Assembly (NCBI RefSeq): GCF_000829315.1
Contig: NZ_AP013028.1
Location: forward strand, 90,001-122,000
Source: Wolbachia endosymbiont of Cimex lectularius
GTDB taxonomy: Bacteria > Pseudomonadota > Alphaproteobacteria > Rickettsiales > Anaplasmataceae
Reading direction: 5' to 3'
Length of the DNA stretch: 32,000 nt
The position numbers and the translations under genes were made by a program. The notes under the pieces were generated by a model. The model worked only from the letters and a program-made list of their open reading frames with translations. It was not told the origin of the DNA and did no database searches. Below are positions 1 through 8,391 of the stretch, one piece after another (the first letter of the stretch is position 1; every line of letters starts with the position of its first letter).

Positions 1-159
1 AATGGTAGCTAAAAATTCAACGTCCTGAATTGTAGCTAAGCCAGTAAAGCCTAAAATATCATTTAAGAAATGAATAAGAATATCTTTATTCTTTTCAGTA
101 CCAAATATTCTTTTAAAGGCATAATCATTGCACGCGTCAAGAAATTTTGAAAAAGCCAT
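1..159 (-). CDS. Rpn-family (YhgA-like, PD-(D/E)XK) recombination-promoting nuclease / putative transposase; 5' end only, gene runs off the left edge
   Basis: A reverse-strand ATG at 159-157 opens a frame that stays open to position 1: MAFSKFLDACNDYAFKRIFGTEKNKDILIHFLNDILGFTGLATIQDVEFLATI. The AFKRIFG..NKDILI.FLN.IL N-terminus is typical of this family. It is absent from the ORF track because the window truncates it. Confidence 0.5.
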   Translation of the reverse strand, partial: MAFSKFLDACNDYAFKRIFGTEKNKDILIHFLNDILGFTGLATIQDVEFLATI

Positions 160-232
160 AAGAAAAACCTTAAAAAGCATTAAAATTATACACTATTTCT
201 TACAAATATTCAATCTTTTTATTTCGGATATA

Positions 233-450
233 TTGGCCTACGAACCCAAGCCTCATCTTGAATTGCAATTATATTAAAAAATTTACCAAGCGAGAAAAAA
301 AGCAAAAGAAGCCCCGAGTGGCGAATTTTGAGTCAAAAATACTCTTGCTACCATAATAATGAAATTGTTGGAATTTGTCAAGTAGTTTTTTTTGTTTCTA
401 TTGGATAACGCTATGGCTTTTTTCCATTTTCGTCTGTCCGCTTTCTGTGT
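233..450 (-). repeat. Copy E (short form) of the modular P-box/T-box intergenic repeat
   Basis: Read on the - strand it has an upstream arm (..acagaaagcggacagacgaaaatggaaaaaagccatagcg.., matching 11880-11950), a P-box promoter, a ~60 nt body, the T-box cggggcttcttttgcttttttt and the tail ggtaaattttttaatat. Nucleotide matches to copies A-D are seen directly. Confidence 0.75.
353..381 (-). promoter_or_regulatory. P-box promoter of repeat copy E (TTGACA-17-TATTAT)
   Basis: On the - strand: aaaaaaaactacTTGACAaattccaacaatttcatTATTAT. The spacer was counted as 17 nt, and an A-tract lies upstream of the -35. Confidence 0.5.
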
Positions 451-556
451 AGCGAGGATTGGTATTAGTTCAAGAACTATGTAAAAAGTCCAATATAATT
501 ACCGTAATAGTAAAAGTATGAATAAGAGTGTGCCAGTAAACTCCGCTTGAGAGAAA

Positions 557-1363
557 TTATTTTCTAGATTTGTGAGTTGCTTTGAAAGGTGACTTTTTGC
601 GCTGCCTTGGGTAAGATGAACGATGATGGATTAAACGTAAGAATAGTGTAGAAATAACAGGTTTGATGAGTGGCTTTATATTATCATTAAAAATCCATAT
701 CCATACGCTAAATGCAGAACTTAGAAGCCCAGTTAGTATAGATACCGTGTTTGGCTCTTTGGTCAACATCCAAAACAGCCAAATAATGGATAAAGATACA
801 GAGAAGAGAGGGAAATGCTTCAATGCTGCCGTCCACTCACCAGGTTTTGGTAAAAATTCAAGTGTGTTAGGAAAAAATGATACAATGAAGTATGGAAGTG
901 CAATGCCTAAGCCAAGAAATAAGAAAATGCTAATAGAAATAAGTATTGATGACTGAGTAAGAGCAAAACCTATGGCAGGTGCCATAAAAGGTGTGATACA
1001 GGGAATTATAGCCAATGTTAAAAACATTCCACCGAAAAAACTGCTATTAGCTTTATCTGAACGAGAAAATATGAGAGAAATATCAGACAAGCTACAAAGA
1101 AAACATAAGCCTATTACAAACATTACATATAGTAATATTAGTACCAAAACAAGAGACTGTATATGAAAACCCAAGTCCATTGCATAACCTATGTTACGTA
1201 ATGCTAATAGCATTAAGGACAATATCAACATGCTAGTCAATACTCCAAGAGTGTAGGCTATGCCATTTAACTTCAGTTTAAATGAGTTACTAGGGCCATT
1301 GATTATTGCTGCTGCTTTTAAAGAAAGAACAGGAAAAACACAAGGCATAAAGTTAAGTACCAC
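557..1363 (-). CDS. DsbD/CcdA-family thiol:disulfide electron-transfer membrane protein (transmembrane domain only; N-terminus uncertain)
   Basis: It carries the motifs (AFIGG)VVLNFMPCVFPVLSLK and IIPCITPFMAPAIGFAL, the two conserved Cys-containing TM motifs of the DsbD beta-domain/CcdA, in a multi-TM protein. The first canonical start is a GTG only 5 codons before the first Cys motif. The hydrophobic frame stays open ~30 codons further upstream without ATG/GTG/TTG. Confidence 0.55.
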   Translation of the reverse strand: MVLNFMPCVFPVLSLKAAAIINGPSNSFKLKLNGIAYTLGVLTSMLILSLMLLALRNIGYAMDLGFHIQSLVLVLILLYVMFVIGLCFLCSLSDISLIFSRSDKANSSFFGGMFLTLAIIPCITPFMAPAIGFALTQSSILISISIFLFLGLGIALPYFIVSFFPNTLEFLPKPGEWTAALKHFPLFSVSLSIIWLFWMLTKEPNTVSILTGLLSSAFSVWIWIFNDNIKPLIKPVISTLFLRLIHHRSSYPRQRKKSPFKATHKSRK

Positions 1364-1509
1364 ACCACCGATAAACGCGTATGCTGAATTTATTAGAAAC
1401 CCTACGATTTTACATATAATTAAAACTATAATACAGTTTGAAGTAAAAGAATCTACTTAAATAGTCAATTGACTTTTTGTGCTGGTATGTTAGAAATTTT
1501 ATACTTTGT

Positions 1510-1574
1510 GGGCGTAGCTCAGTTGGTAGAGTGTCAGTTTGTGGTCGCCAATTTGATCCTGGTCACTTGTTCCA
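1510..1574 (+). pseudogene. tRNA-like remnant (D-arm and T-arm recognisable; anticodon arm partly deleted; acceptor stem does not pair)
   Basis: GGGCGTAGCTCAGTTGGTAGAGT has a canonical D-arm and GGTCGCCAATTTGATCCTGGT resembles a T-arm. Only ~12 nt lie between them, and GGGCGTA has no complementary 3' strand, so no cloverleaf can be drawn. Confidence 0.35.
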
Positions 1575-1816
1575 CTAAAATTTTTAGCCCTACAGAAATA
1601 TAAGCGTGAGCATGCTTTATACATACTCACTTAGTGTATCTGTTTAGGGGGCATGGCTAATGTACAAATATTGAAGCTAAAGTGGCGTCATGTAAGTAGC
1701 TGACACTGGAACTTAGTTTTTCTTATGATTTCATCAAAACATTATATTTTAGCATAAAATGGCCTCTTATGCCTACCGGAACTCATTCTTTGGTATGCTT
1801 TTCTGCTTTACTAATA

Positions 1817-1864
1817 GGATATTTTCGGATATAATTGGATATAATTAGATAAAAATACGGATAT
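1817..1864 (+). promoter_or_regulatory. Phased GGATAT repeats and tandem TATAAT boxes immediately upstream of fic
   Basis: GGATAT occurs at 1817, 1827, 1837 (exact 10-bp phasing) and 1859, the last overlapping the ATG at 1863. GGATATAATT is tandemly duplicated at 1827-1846. Confidence 0.3.
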
Positions 1865-2912
1865 GTTTGACATTTCAAAAATTGTAATAACATCTGAAAT
1901 GCTGAAATTAGTTGCTGAAATTGATGAATTTAAAGGAGCATGGCAATTATTTGGTAGTTTAGCTCCAGAGCGTTTACAAATGCTCAAGAAAATTGCAACA
2001 ATTGAAAGTATCGGCTCTTCTACTCGTATTGAAGGAGCAAAACTATCAGATCGTGAAGTTGAACAATTATTATCCAAACTTGATACACAATCATTTCGTT
2101 CTCGGGATGAACAAGAAATAGCTGGATATGCGTATGTGTGTGAAGGGGTATTTCAAAACTTTGAAAATATGCCATTTACAGAAAACGTTATAAAACAGCT
2201 TCATATCTGGCTTTTACAATTTTCACATAAAGATCAAAGGCACATGGGAGAATATAAGAAATTTCCCAATCATGTTGAAGCGTTTGATGAATCTGGAAAA
2301 AGCTTAGGCATAATTTTTGAAACATCTTCTCCATTCGAAACAGTGACACAGATGCAAGAACTTATCTATTGGAGTGGCCAGCAATTAGAAGCGAAATCAT
2401 CGCATCCTCTATTAATTATCGGCATCTTTATAGTTACTTTTTTAGCTATACATCCCTTTCAAGATGGAAATGGAAGGTTATCACGTATTCTTACAACTTT
2501 CTTGTTGCTAAAGTTAGGGTATGCCTACGTACCTTACAGTTCTCTTGAAAGTATAATTGAAAGTAACAAGGAAAGTTATTACTTAGCTTTGCGTCGCACT
2601 CAACAGTCTTTAAAGACTGGCAACTATGACTTTAGTCCATGGCTTATGTTCTTTTTCAGATCACTACAAAAGCAAAAGTCTCATCTTGAGGAAAAGGTGT
2701 CACATGAAAAAATGTTGAATCTTTATTTGCCACCACTTTCGGCTAAAATAGTAGTTTTACTTAGCAAACATGGACGTCTTACAATTAAGGATTTAGAAAA
2801 TATCACTAAAGCAAACCGAAGTACCTTAAAGAAGCATGTATCTAATCTTGTAAAGGGTAATCACATCACTCAGCATGGAAAAGGCAAAGCAACTTGCTAT
2901 GTAGCTCAATAA
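1863..2912 (+). CDS. fic: Fic-family protein (AMPylase-type) with N-terminal inhibitory motif and C-terminal winged-helix-like domain
   Basis: The canonical Fic motif HPFQDGNGRLSR lies at DNA 2451-2486. An upstream S-x-x-x-E-G motif (STRIEG, DNA 2019-2036) is present. The C-terminal ~70 aa look HTH-like (TIKDLENITKANRSTLKKHVSNLV). Confidence 0.85.
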   Translation: MFDISKIVITSEMLKLVAEIDEFKGAWQLFGSLAPERLQMLKKIATIESIGSSTRIEGAKLSDREVEQLLSKLDTQSFRSRDEQEIAGYAYVCEGVFQNFENMPFTENVIKQLHIWLLQFSHKDQRHMGEYKKFPNHVEAFDESGKSLGIIFETSSPFETVTQMQELIYWSGQQLEAKSSHPLLIIGIFIVTFLAIHPFQDGNGRLSRILTTFLLLKLGYAYVPYSSLESIIESNKESYYLALRRTQQSLKTGNYDFSPWLMFFFRSLQKQKSHLEEKVSHEKMLNLYLPPLSAKIVVLLSKHGRLTIKDLENITKANRSTLKKHVSNLVKGNHITQHGKGKATCYVAQ

Positions 2913-3006
2913 GATATATATTCATTTTGAATTATAGGGAGGTCTAAGCTATGCTTACAAGGATGACAAAGTTTCAAAAAAAGCCTAATATAACTTAAAA
3001 AGCTTT

Positions 3007-3795
3007 ATGAAAATCAGAGTTGGAGTAATAGGCTGTTTAGGCAGAATGGGCAAAAAAATACTCAGTGAATTGACCACAAATACCAAAGTAGAGATAGCAG
3101 GTGCTGTTGCCCGTGCAGATAGTAAATACGTAGGCTTAGATATAGGGCCAATTATAGGCCACAGCTTCAATTTAGGAATCAAAGTTACAAGTTCTATTAG
3201 TGACGTATTTAAGTCATCTGACGTTGTAATAGATTTTACAACTAAAGAATGTATGTTAGACTGCCTTAAGGCGGCTGTGAAATTTAAAAAACCGCTAGTT
3301 AGTGGTACAACTGGAATAGAAAGTATCGATTTAAAAAAGTATGCTGCTGAGGTTCCGATATTATGGTCGGTAAATATGAGCGTTGGAGTTAATGTATTGT
3401 TAAAACTGGTAAAAAAAGCTGCTGAGCTTTTAGGTAGCGAATACGACGCTGAAATTTGGGAAATGCACCATAGCTTTAAAAAAGATTCGCCATCTGGAAC
3501 AGCTATAGAACTTGGTAAAGCAATTGCTAGCGCTTCAAAAAGAGATTTTCAACAGTATTGTCATAGTTATCTAAAAATAAGAGAAAAGGGAGAAATAGGT
3601 TTTGCAGTATCTCGTGGAGGTGGAGTGATAGGAGACCATAGTGTAATGTTTGTTAATTCTGATGAACGGATAGAATTAAATCACAAAGCAATCAATCGCA
3701 CAACATTTGCTAAAGGTGCTGTTCAAGCAGCAATATGGCTGCATGAGAACAAAAGAGGAACACCAAGACTCTATTCAATGCAGGACGTGATATGA
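3007..3795 (+). CDS. dapB: 4-hydroxy-tetrahydrodipicolinate reductase
   Basis: It has the N-terminal Rossmann motif [14 protein letters not shown] and the [15 protein letters not shown] motif. Length is 262 aa. Confidence 0.9.
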   Translation: MKIRVGVIGCLGRMGKKILSELTTNTKVEIAGAVARADSKYVGLDIGPIIGHSFNLGIKVTSSISDVFKSSDVVIDFTTKECMLDCLKAAVKFKKPLVSGTTGIESIDLKKYAAEVPILWSVNMSVGVNVLLKLVKKAAELLGSEYDAEIWEMHHSFKKDSPSGTAIELGKAIASASKRDFQQYCHSYLKIREKGEIGFAVSRGGGVIGDHSVMFVNSDERIELNHKAINRTTFAKGAVQAAIWLHENKRGTPRLYSMQDVI

Positions 3796-4550
3796 ACGAT
3801 ACACGTGCCTCTGTTGAAAATTTAAATCTCTGGTATGGCTCTAAGCAAGTTTTATTCGATATAAATTTGGATATTTATAAAAGAAAAGTTACTACTTTTA
3901 TCGGGCCATCTGGGTGTGGTAAATCAACCTTTTTGCGCTGTTTTAATCGCATGAATGATTATGTACCAGGGTGCAAAGCTGTTGGTGAGTTGGTTATCAA
4001 CGGGCTAGGTAATATATATTCACGTGATATGGATGTTGTGCTACTTAGAGCAAAAGTTGGCATGGTATTTCAAAAGCCCAATCCTTTTCCAAAGTCAATA
4101 TATGATAACGTTGCTTATGGACCCAAATTGCATGGCATGGTGAAGAATAAGCAAAAATTAGACGAAATGGTGGAAAATGGTTTAACTAAGGTCGGTTTAT
4201 GGGAAGAGCTGAAAGATAGATTGCAGGATAGCGCATTGGATTTATCTGGTGGCCAACAACAGAGATTGTGCATTGCCCGTGCAATTGCAGTGAAGCCAAC
4301 TATTTTATTAATGGATGAACCATGTTCCGCTCTTGATCCAATGGCAACCAATGCAATCGAAAACCTTATACAAGAGCTGAAATTAAGGTTTACCATAATT
4401 ATGGTGACTCATTCGATGAAACAAGCTAAAAAGCTGTCTGATAGCGTAATCTTCTTTTGTAATGGCAAGATTGTTGAATCTGGAAGTGTTCAAGAAATAT
4501 TCGAAGATGCTCAATCTCCCTTAACGAAAGAGTATATTCTGGATCATTAA
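3792..4550 (+). CDS. pstB: Phosphate ABC transporter ATP-binding protein
   Basis: [19 protein letters not shown] (Walker A in PstB context), [16 protein letters not shown] and [12 protein letters not shown] are present. The start overlaps the dapB stop (ATGA). Confidence 0.9.
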   Translation: MNDTRASVENLNLWYGSKQVLFDINLDIYKRKVTTFIGPSGCGKSTFLRCFNRMNDYVPGCKAVGELVINGLGNIYSRDMDVVLLRAKVGMVFQKPNPFPKSIYDNVAYGPKLHGMVKNKQKLDEMVENGLTKVGLWEELKDRLQDSALDLSGGQQQRLCIARAIAVKPTILLMDEPCSALDPMATNAIENLIQELKLRFTIIMVTHSMKQAKKLSDSVIFFCNGKIVESGSVQEIFEDAQSPLTKEYILDH

Positions 4551-5725
4551 ATTCCGCTATGCACAAGAACTTTACTCTCAATAGCCTCGCTGGCAATAAC
4601 ACGGCTTTCAAAATCAATATTGATTATGTCGGATAGTGAATTAACATCAGCGTAACCATCAAAACTTTCTACCGTTGACTTCACCACCTTTACTATCTCT
4701 AAAAAGCCGATTTGTGACTTCAAAAATTTATTAACGGCTATTTCGTTTGCAGCATTGAGAACAATACTATTTGTTTGTGGAGCAGAAGAATTCAGCACTT
4801 CCATGCTGAGCTTTAGCGCGGGAAAGCGCCTATGATCAGGTTCTTGAAAGGTCAATTTTTTTTGCTTTGTTAAATCTAATTTATAACTCAAAGCTGACCT
4901 TTCTGGCCAAGACAGAGCATATGAGATGAGAATTGCCATGTCAGTCTCTGCGAGCACAGCAAAGTTAAAACCATCCTTGTAAACTACAACTCCATGTATT
5001 ATCGATTCAGGGTGCACTACTGCTTCAATTTTATTTGGGCTAATGTTAAACAAATTATGTGCTTCTATTATCTCTAGCGCTTTATTCATCATTGTTGCAC
5101 TATCAACCGAGATTTTCTTTCCCATATTCCAAGTAGGGTGACTTAGTGCCTGATTTGCCACAACATTTCTTAATTGCTCAAGGCTACAATTTAGAAATGG
5201 TCCACCAGAAGCAGTGAGTATAATCTTTTCTACGCATCTATCGTCACTTTGCAAAACTTGAAAAATTGCGTTGTGTTCAGAGTCAATAGGAATTATCTGT
5301 ACGCTTTTCTCTTTAGCTTTCTTAAATAGTAATTTCCCACCACAAACAATACTTTCTTTGTTTGCTAGTGCAATGATTTTGGTACCACTCTCCATAACCT
5401 GCATAACTGGCTCAAGGCCTGCAATGCCAACTATTGCAACAACTGAGAGATCGACGGGCAAAGAAGCAACATTTGCTAAACCTTTAGCGCCAACTTCTAT
5501 TTTGATGTTTGTACCAAGTAGACTTTCTTTTAAATCTTTATAAAACCTTTTATCAGAGATAGCAACATATCTCGCATTTAGCAGTTTTGCTTGATATGCC
5601 AGTAGAGCAAAATTCGAGTGGGCACTAAGTGCTTCTACCTGGTATTCTTCTTTTCTCTTCAGTAGTAAGTCTACAGTCTTTTTTCCAATACTTCCTGTTG
5701 ATCCTAAAACTGAAACCTTTTTCAC
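4547..5725 (-). CDS. dxr: 1-deoxy-D-xylulose-5-phosphate reductoisomerase
   Basis: [15 protein letters not shown]-terminus, ..[11 protein letters not shown].. and ..[23 protein letters not shown].. are present. Length is 392 aa. Confidence 0.92.
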   Translation of the reverse strand: MKKVSVLGSTGSIGKKTVDLLLKRKEEYQVEALSAHSNFALLAYQAKLLNARYVAISDKRFYKDLKESLLGTNIKIEVGAKGLANVASLPVDLSVVAIVGIAGLEPVMQVMESGTKIIALANKESIVCGGKLLFKKAKEKSVQIIPIDSEHNAIFQVLQSDDRCVEKIILTASGGPFLNCSLEQLRNVVANQALSHPTWNMGKKISVDSATMMNKALEIIEAHNLFNISPNKIEAVVHPESIIHGVVVYKDGFNFAVLAETDMAILISYALSWPERSALSYKLDLTKQKKLTFQEPDHRRFPALKLSMEVLNSSAPQTNSIVLNAANEIAVNKFLKSQIGFLEIVKVVKSTVESFDGYADVNSLSDIINIDFESRVIASEAIESKVLVHSGI

Positions 5726-5784
5726 TAAAACGAACTCACGTTAATTAAACGAGCTAAACCTATTCTCACCAGCAGTTTCTGGAC

Positions 5785-6288
5785 TTAACCACCAAGCTCA
5801 TGTCCGTGGTTATCGCCAACAGATGGTGAAGGACCGGGCGAAAAAGATTGACCATGATGATCACCTGCATCATGCATGTCATGTAAACCTTCAGCATCGT
5901 GAGCCATTTCGTTGCTAGCGTGGGGATAATCGTCCGGGTAAGGTACCCCATCACCGTGACCTGTATCCATTCCTTCCGATGGCATATCTTCCCCACCTCC
6001 ACCACCTGAAAAATGTTCTGCAAGACTTTCAAGAAACTTTATGCCAAACATATTACCTGATTTTCCAAACAATGTTACTAAGCTACTACCATTTACCAAA
6101 CCTTCGAACACATTGCAGTAAGCAGGAATTGCTCCTTCATGGAAGTTGAACAACCATTTCATTCCATCCACAATTGTTGCAACAGAGTCACTATGACCAA
6201 GACCAAAGCCACTCTTTTCTCCTTGGTTTTCTTGGTGTTGTTGTTGAGCTTGCCACTCTGCAATATTTGGACCTTGAGCTTCAGCCAT
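5785..6288 (-). CDS. Hypothetical protein with Gln-rich N-terminus and His/Asp/Gly-rich acidic C-terminal tail
   Basis: This 167-aa ORF is visibly more GC-rich than its flanks. The tail reads GGGGGEDMPSEGMDTGHGDGVPYPDDYPHASNEMAHDAEGLHDMHDAGDHHGQSFSPGPSPSVGDNHGHELGG. I recognise no family motif. Confidence 0.5.
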   Translation of the reverse strand: MAEAQGPNIAEWQAQQQHQENQGEKSGFGLGHSDSVATIVDGMKWLFNFHEGAIPAYCNVFEGLVNGSSLVTLFGKSGNMFGIKFLESLAEHFSGGGGGEDMPSEGMDTGHGDGVPYPDDYPHASNEMAHDAEGLHDMHDAGDHHGQSFSPGPSPSVGDNHGHELGG

Positions 6289-6398
6289 AAACTTTTGTTC
6301 TAAACCTTAGATTACTATTTTACCACAAATATTGAAAAATATTAATAGGGCTACCATTTTCTGAACGACAACATGCTTTTAAGCACTTATTGATGAGA

Positions 6399-6830
6399 CT
6401 AGCGAAACGGTTTTACGATAACCGCAATAATTATAATTATTATCAATACTGTAACAACTTCATTTACAATACGGAAATAAACATGATTTTTCCTATTTAA
6501 GCCCATTGCAAAGTTTTTCCTGTGCCTTGCAAGTAGTCCATGAACAGCAAATATAAAGAATAATGCTAGTGCTTTTATGTGGAACCACCCTTCGCGGTAT
6601 GCCTCTCTCATAACCATTAATGTGATGCCAAAACCAAGCGAAAAGAGCATTGCAGGGTTTATGATAAATCTTAGAAGTCTTTTCTCCATTATTTGGAGTA
6701 AGCTATCGTTTTCCGATCCTGGCTTTACGGTTGCATGGTAGACGTAAAGCCTCGGTAAATAGAGCATACCTGCCATCCACATAATGACGGAGATAACGTG
6801 AAAAGCTTCGAGCCAGTGGTAATAATCCAT
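6399..6830 (-). CDS. hemJ: HemJ-type protoporphyrinogen IX oxidase (UPF0093 membrane protein)
   Basis: WLEAFHVISVIMWMAGMLYLPRLYVYH is the characteristic HemJ N-terminal motif. The protein is 143 aa with 4 predicted TM segments. Confidence 0.7.
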   Translation of the reverse strand: MDYYHWLEAFHVISVIMWMAGMLYLPRLYVYHATVKPGSENDSLLQIMEKRLLRFIINPAMLFSLGFGITLMVMREAYREGWFHIKALALFFIFAVHGLLARHRKNFAMGLNRKNHVYFRIVNEVVTVLIIIIIIAVIVKPFR

Positions 6831-6884
6831 TACAAAACGTTGAAATTTCTGATATCATCTGAGTTTAACGAAAAAGAAATAGAT

Positions 6885-7868
6885 ATGAAAGCGGAAAATT
6901 TCACTAAAGAACAGGTGATTGGATTCTACAGGAAAATGCTACTCATACGCAGATTTGAGGAAAAAGCAGGACAATTGTATGGAATGGGCTTAATAGGCGG
7001 ATTCTGTCACCTATCGATAGGACAAGAGGCAGTTGCAGTTGGAACGCAAGCTGCGTCAAAGTCCGGTGATGCTTTGATCACAAGTTATAGAGACCACGGT
7101 TTAATGCTGGCATGTGGCTCTGATCCAAACGTTGTGATGGCAGAACTGACCGGTAAAGAGACGGGATGCTCAAAAGGCAAAGGTGGTTCAATGCATATAT
7201 TTGATATTGAAAAAAAATTCTTCGGTGGACATGGAATAGTGGGTGCACAGGTTCCAATTGGCACAGGAATAGCATTTGCTAATAGATATAAGAAAAAAGA
7301 CAACGTGGTATTCACGTATTTTGGCGATGGTGCTGCAAACCAAGGGCAAGTGTATGAATCATTCAATATGGCAGCTTTATGGAAGTTACCTGTGGTTTAT
7401 ATTATAGAGAATAATGGATACGCAATGGGAACCTCCGTGCAAAGATCAACTTTAGTAACTGAGTTATATAGGAGAGGAGAGGGTTTTGGCATTCCTGGAA
7501 AGCAAGTTGATGGAATGGATTTTTTCTCTGTTTATGAGGAGGCAAGTGAGGCAGCTAAGTACGTGCGTAATGGAAAAGGGCCTATTCTGCTTGAAGTGAA
7601 GACATACCGATATCGCGGCCATTCGATGTCAGACCCTGCAACTTATCGTTCAAAAGAAGAAGTTGAAGATATGAAGCAAAACCATGATCCTATAAGCACT
7701 TTGAAGAAGTACATGGTAGATAATAAGATTGCTGCAGAGGAAGAATGCAAAGCAATTGACAAAGAAGTGCGCGATTTAGTGAAAAAATCAGAAGATTTTG
7801 CCAAAAAGAGTAAAGAACCAAGCGTTGATGAGCTGTATACTGATGTTTACAAATCTGTCAACCGTTAA
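6885..7868 (+). CDS. pdhA: Pyruvate dehydrogenase E1 component, alpha subunit
   Basis: It has YRDHG and the TPP-binding block FGDGAANQGQVYESFNMAALWKLPVVYIIENNGYAMGT. I prefer the ATG at 6885 (MKAENFTKEQ..) over the track start at 6798, which overlaps hemJ. Confidence 0.9.
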   Translation: MKAENFTKEQVIGFYRKMLLIRRFEEKAGQLYGMGLIGGFCHLSIGQEAVAVGTQAASKSGDALITSYRDHGLMLACGSDPNVVMAELTGKETGCSKGKGGSMHIFDIEKKFFGGHGIVGAQVPIGTGIAFANRYKKKDNVVFTYFGDGAANQGQVYESFNMAALWKLPVVYIIENNGYAMGTSVQRSTLVTELYRRGEGFGIPGKQVDGMDFFSVYEEASEAAKYVRNGKGPILLEVKTYRYRGHSMSDPATYRSKEEVEDMKQNHDPISTLKKYMVDNKIAAEEECKAIDKEVRDLVKKSEDFAKKSKEPSVDELYTDVYKSVNR

Positions 7869-7883
7869 CTGTAAAAAAACTAC

Positions 7884-7912
7884 TTGACAACCTTCGCCAG
7901 TCTCCTTACAAT
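7884..7912 (+). promoter_or_regulatory. P-box promoter A1 (TTGACA-17-TACAAT)
   Basis: aaaaaaactacTTGACAaccttcgccagtctcctTACAAT. The spacer was counted as 17 nt. It begins 10 nt after the pdhA stop. Confidence 0.5.
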
Positions 7913-8202
7913 AGAGTTGTAGGTGTTTTAGGCCTAAAATTTATCTTTAATCTTGTATTAAGTGACAAAAGCACAGTATAAAACAAGGCGTGTTATGTTT
8001 AATTTTTGCAGCATGGACACTGCATGTCTTTATAATTTTTTGTCTACATTAGCTGAGCCTCGCTTATTAAGCGGTGTAAGAGAGAATCGGACGCCAAGTT
8101 TTTGAGAGAACAGTAAACAACTCACATTACGGGGTTTCTTTTGTCTTTTTTTTAAATTAGTTAAAATTTTAACCAATCTAATTTTTTTCACAAAAAAATT
8201 GC

Positions 8203-8231
8203 TTGACAAGTTTTTACATTTCCCTTATCAT
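8203..8231 (+). promoter_or_regulatory. P-box promoter A2 (TTGACA-17-TATCAT)
   Basis: aaaaaaattgcTTGACAagtttttacatttcccTTATCAT. The spacer was counted as 17 nt. Confidence 0.45.
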
Positions 8232-8391
8232 AAAATTGTGGGTATTTACAACCCCAAGGTCAGCTACTTGTCAAGCGTATAGAGCATTAACGCCAAGTTA
8301 TTAAAATAGATGTTGACCGGGGCTTCTTTTGCTTTTTTTCTTATCTGGTAAATTTCTTAATATTTATTGCTAATTGTAATTCATGAATTGG

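Noticed and set aside
663-1460. + strand ORFs 663..956, 972..1166 and 1260..1460.
   Set aside because: They are antisense to, or overlap, the DsbD-like membrane gene, which has recognisable motifs. They have no motifs of their own.
1510-1574. A functional tRNA (the D-arm looks perfect).
   Set aside because: The acceptor 5' strand has no complementary 3' strand. Only ~12 nt lie where a 17-nt anticodon arm plus variable loop should be. The T-stem has a mismatch. I call it a remnant and recommend a tRNAscan-SE check.
5766-6032. An 88-aa ORF overlapping the His-rich gene in another frame.
   Set aside because: It lies fully inside the longer 167-aa ORF on the same strand. GC-rich sequence suppresses stops in all frames. 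It is Cys/Met/Val-rich with no motif or start context.
6798-6884. Upstream start for pdhA at 6798 as in the ORF track.
   Set aside because: The extra 29 residues overlap the hemJ coding start on the other strand and are unlike the PdhA N-terminus. The ATG at 6885 gives the conserved MKAENFTKEQ..FYRKMLLIRRFEE beginning.
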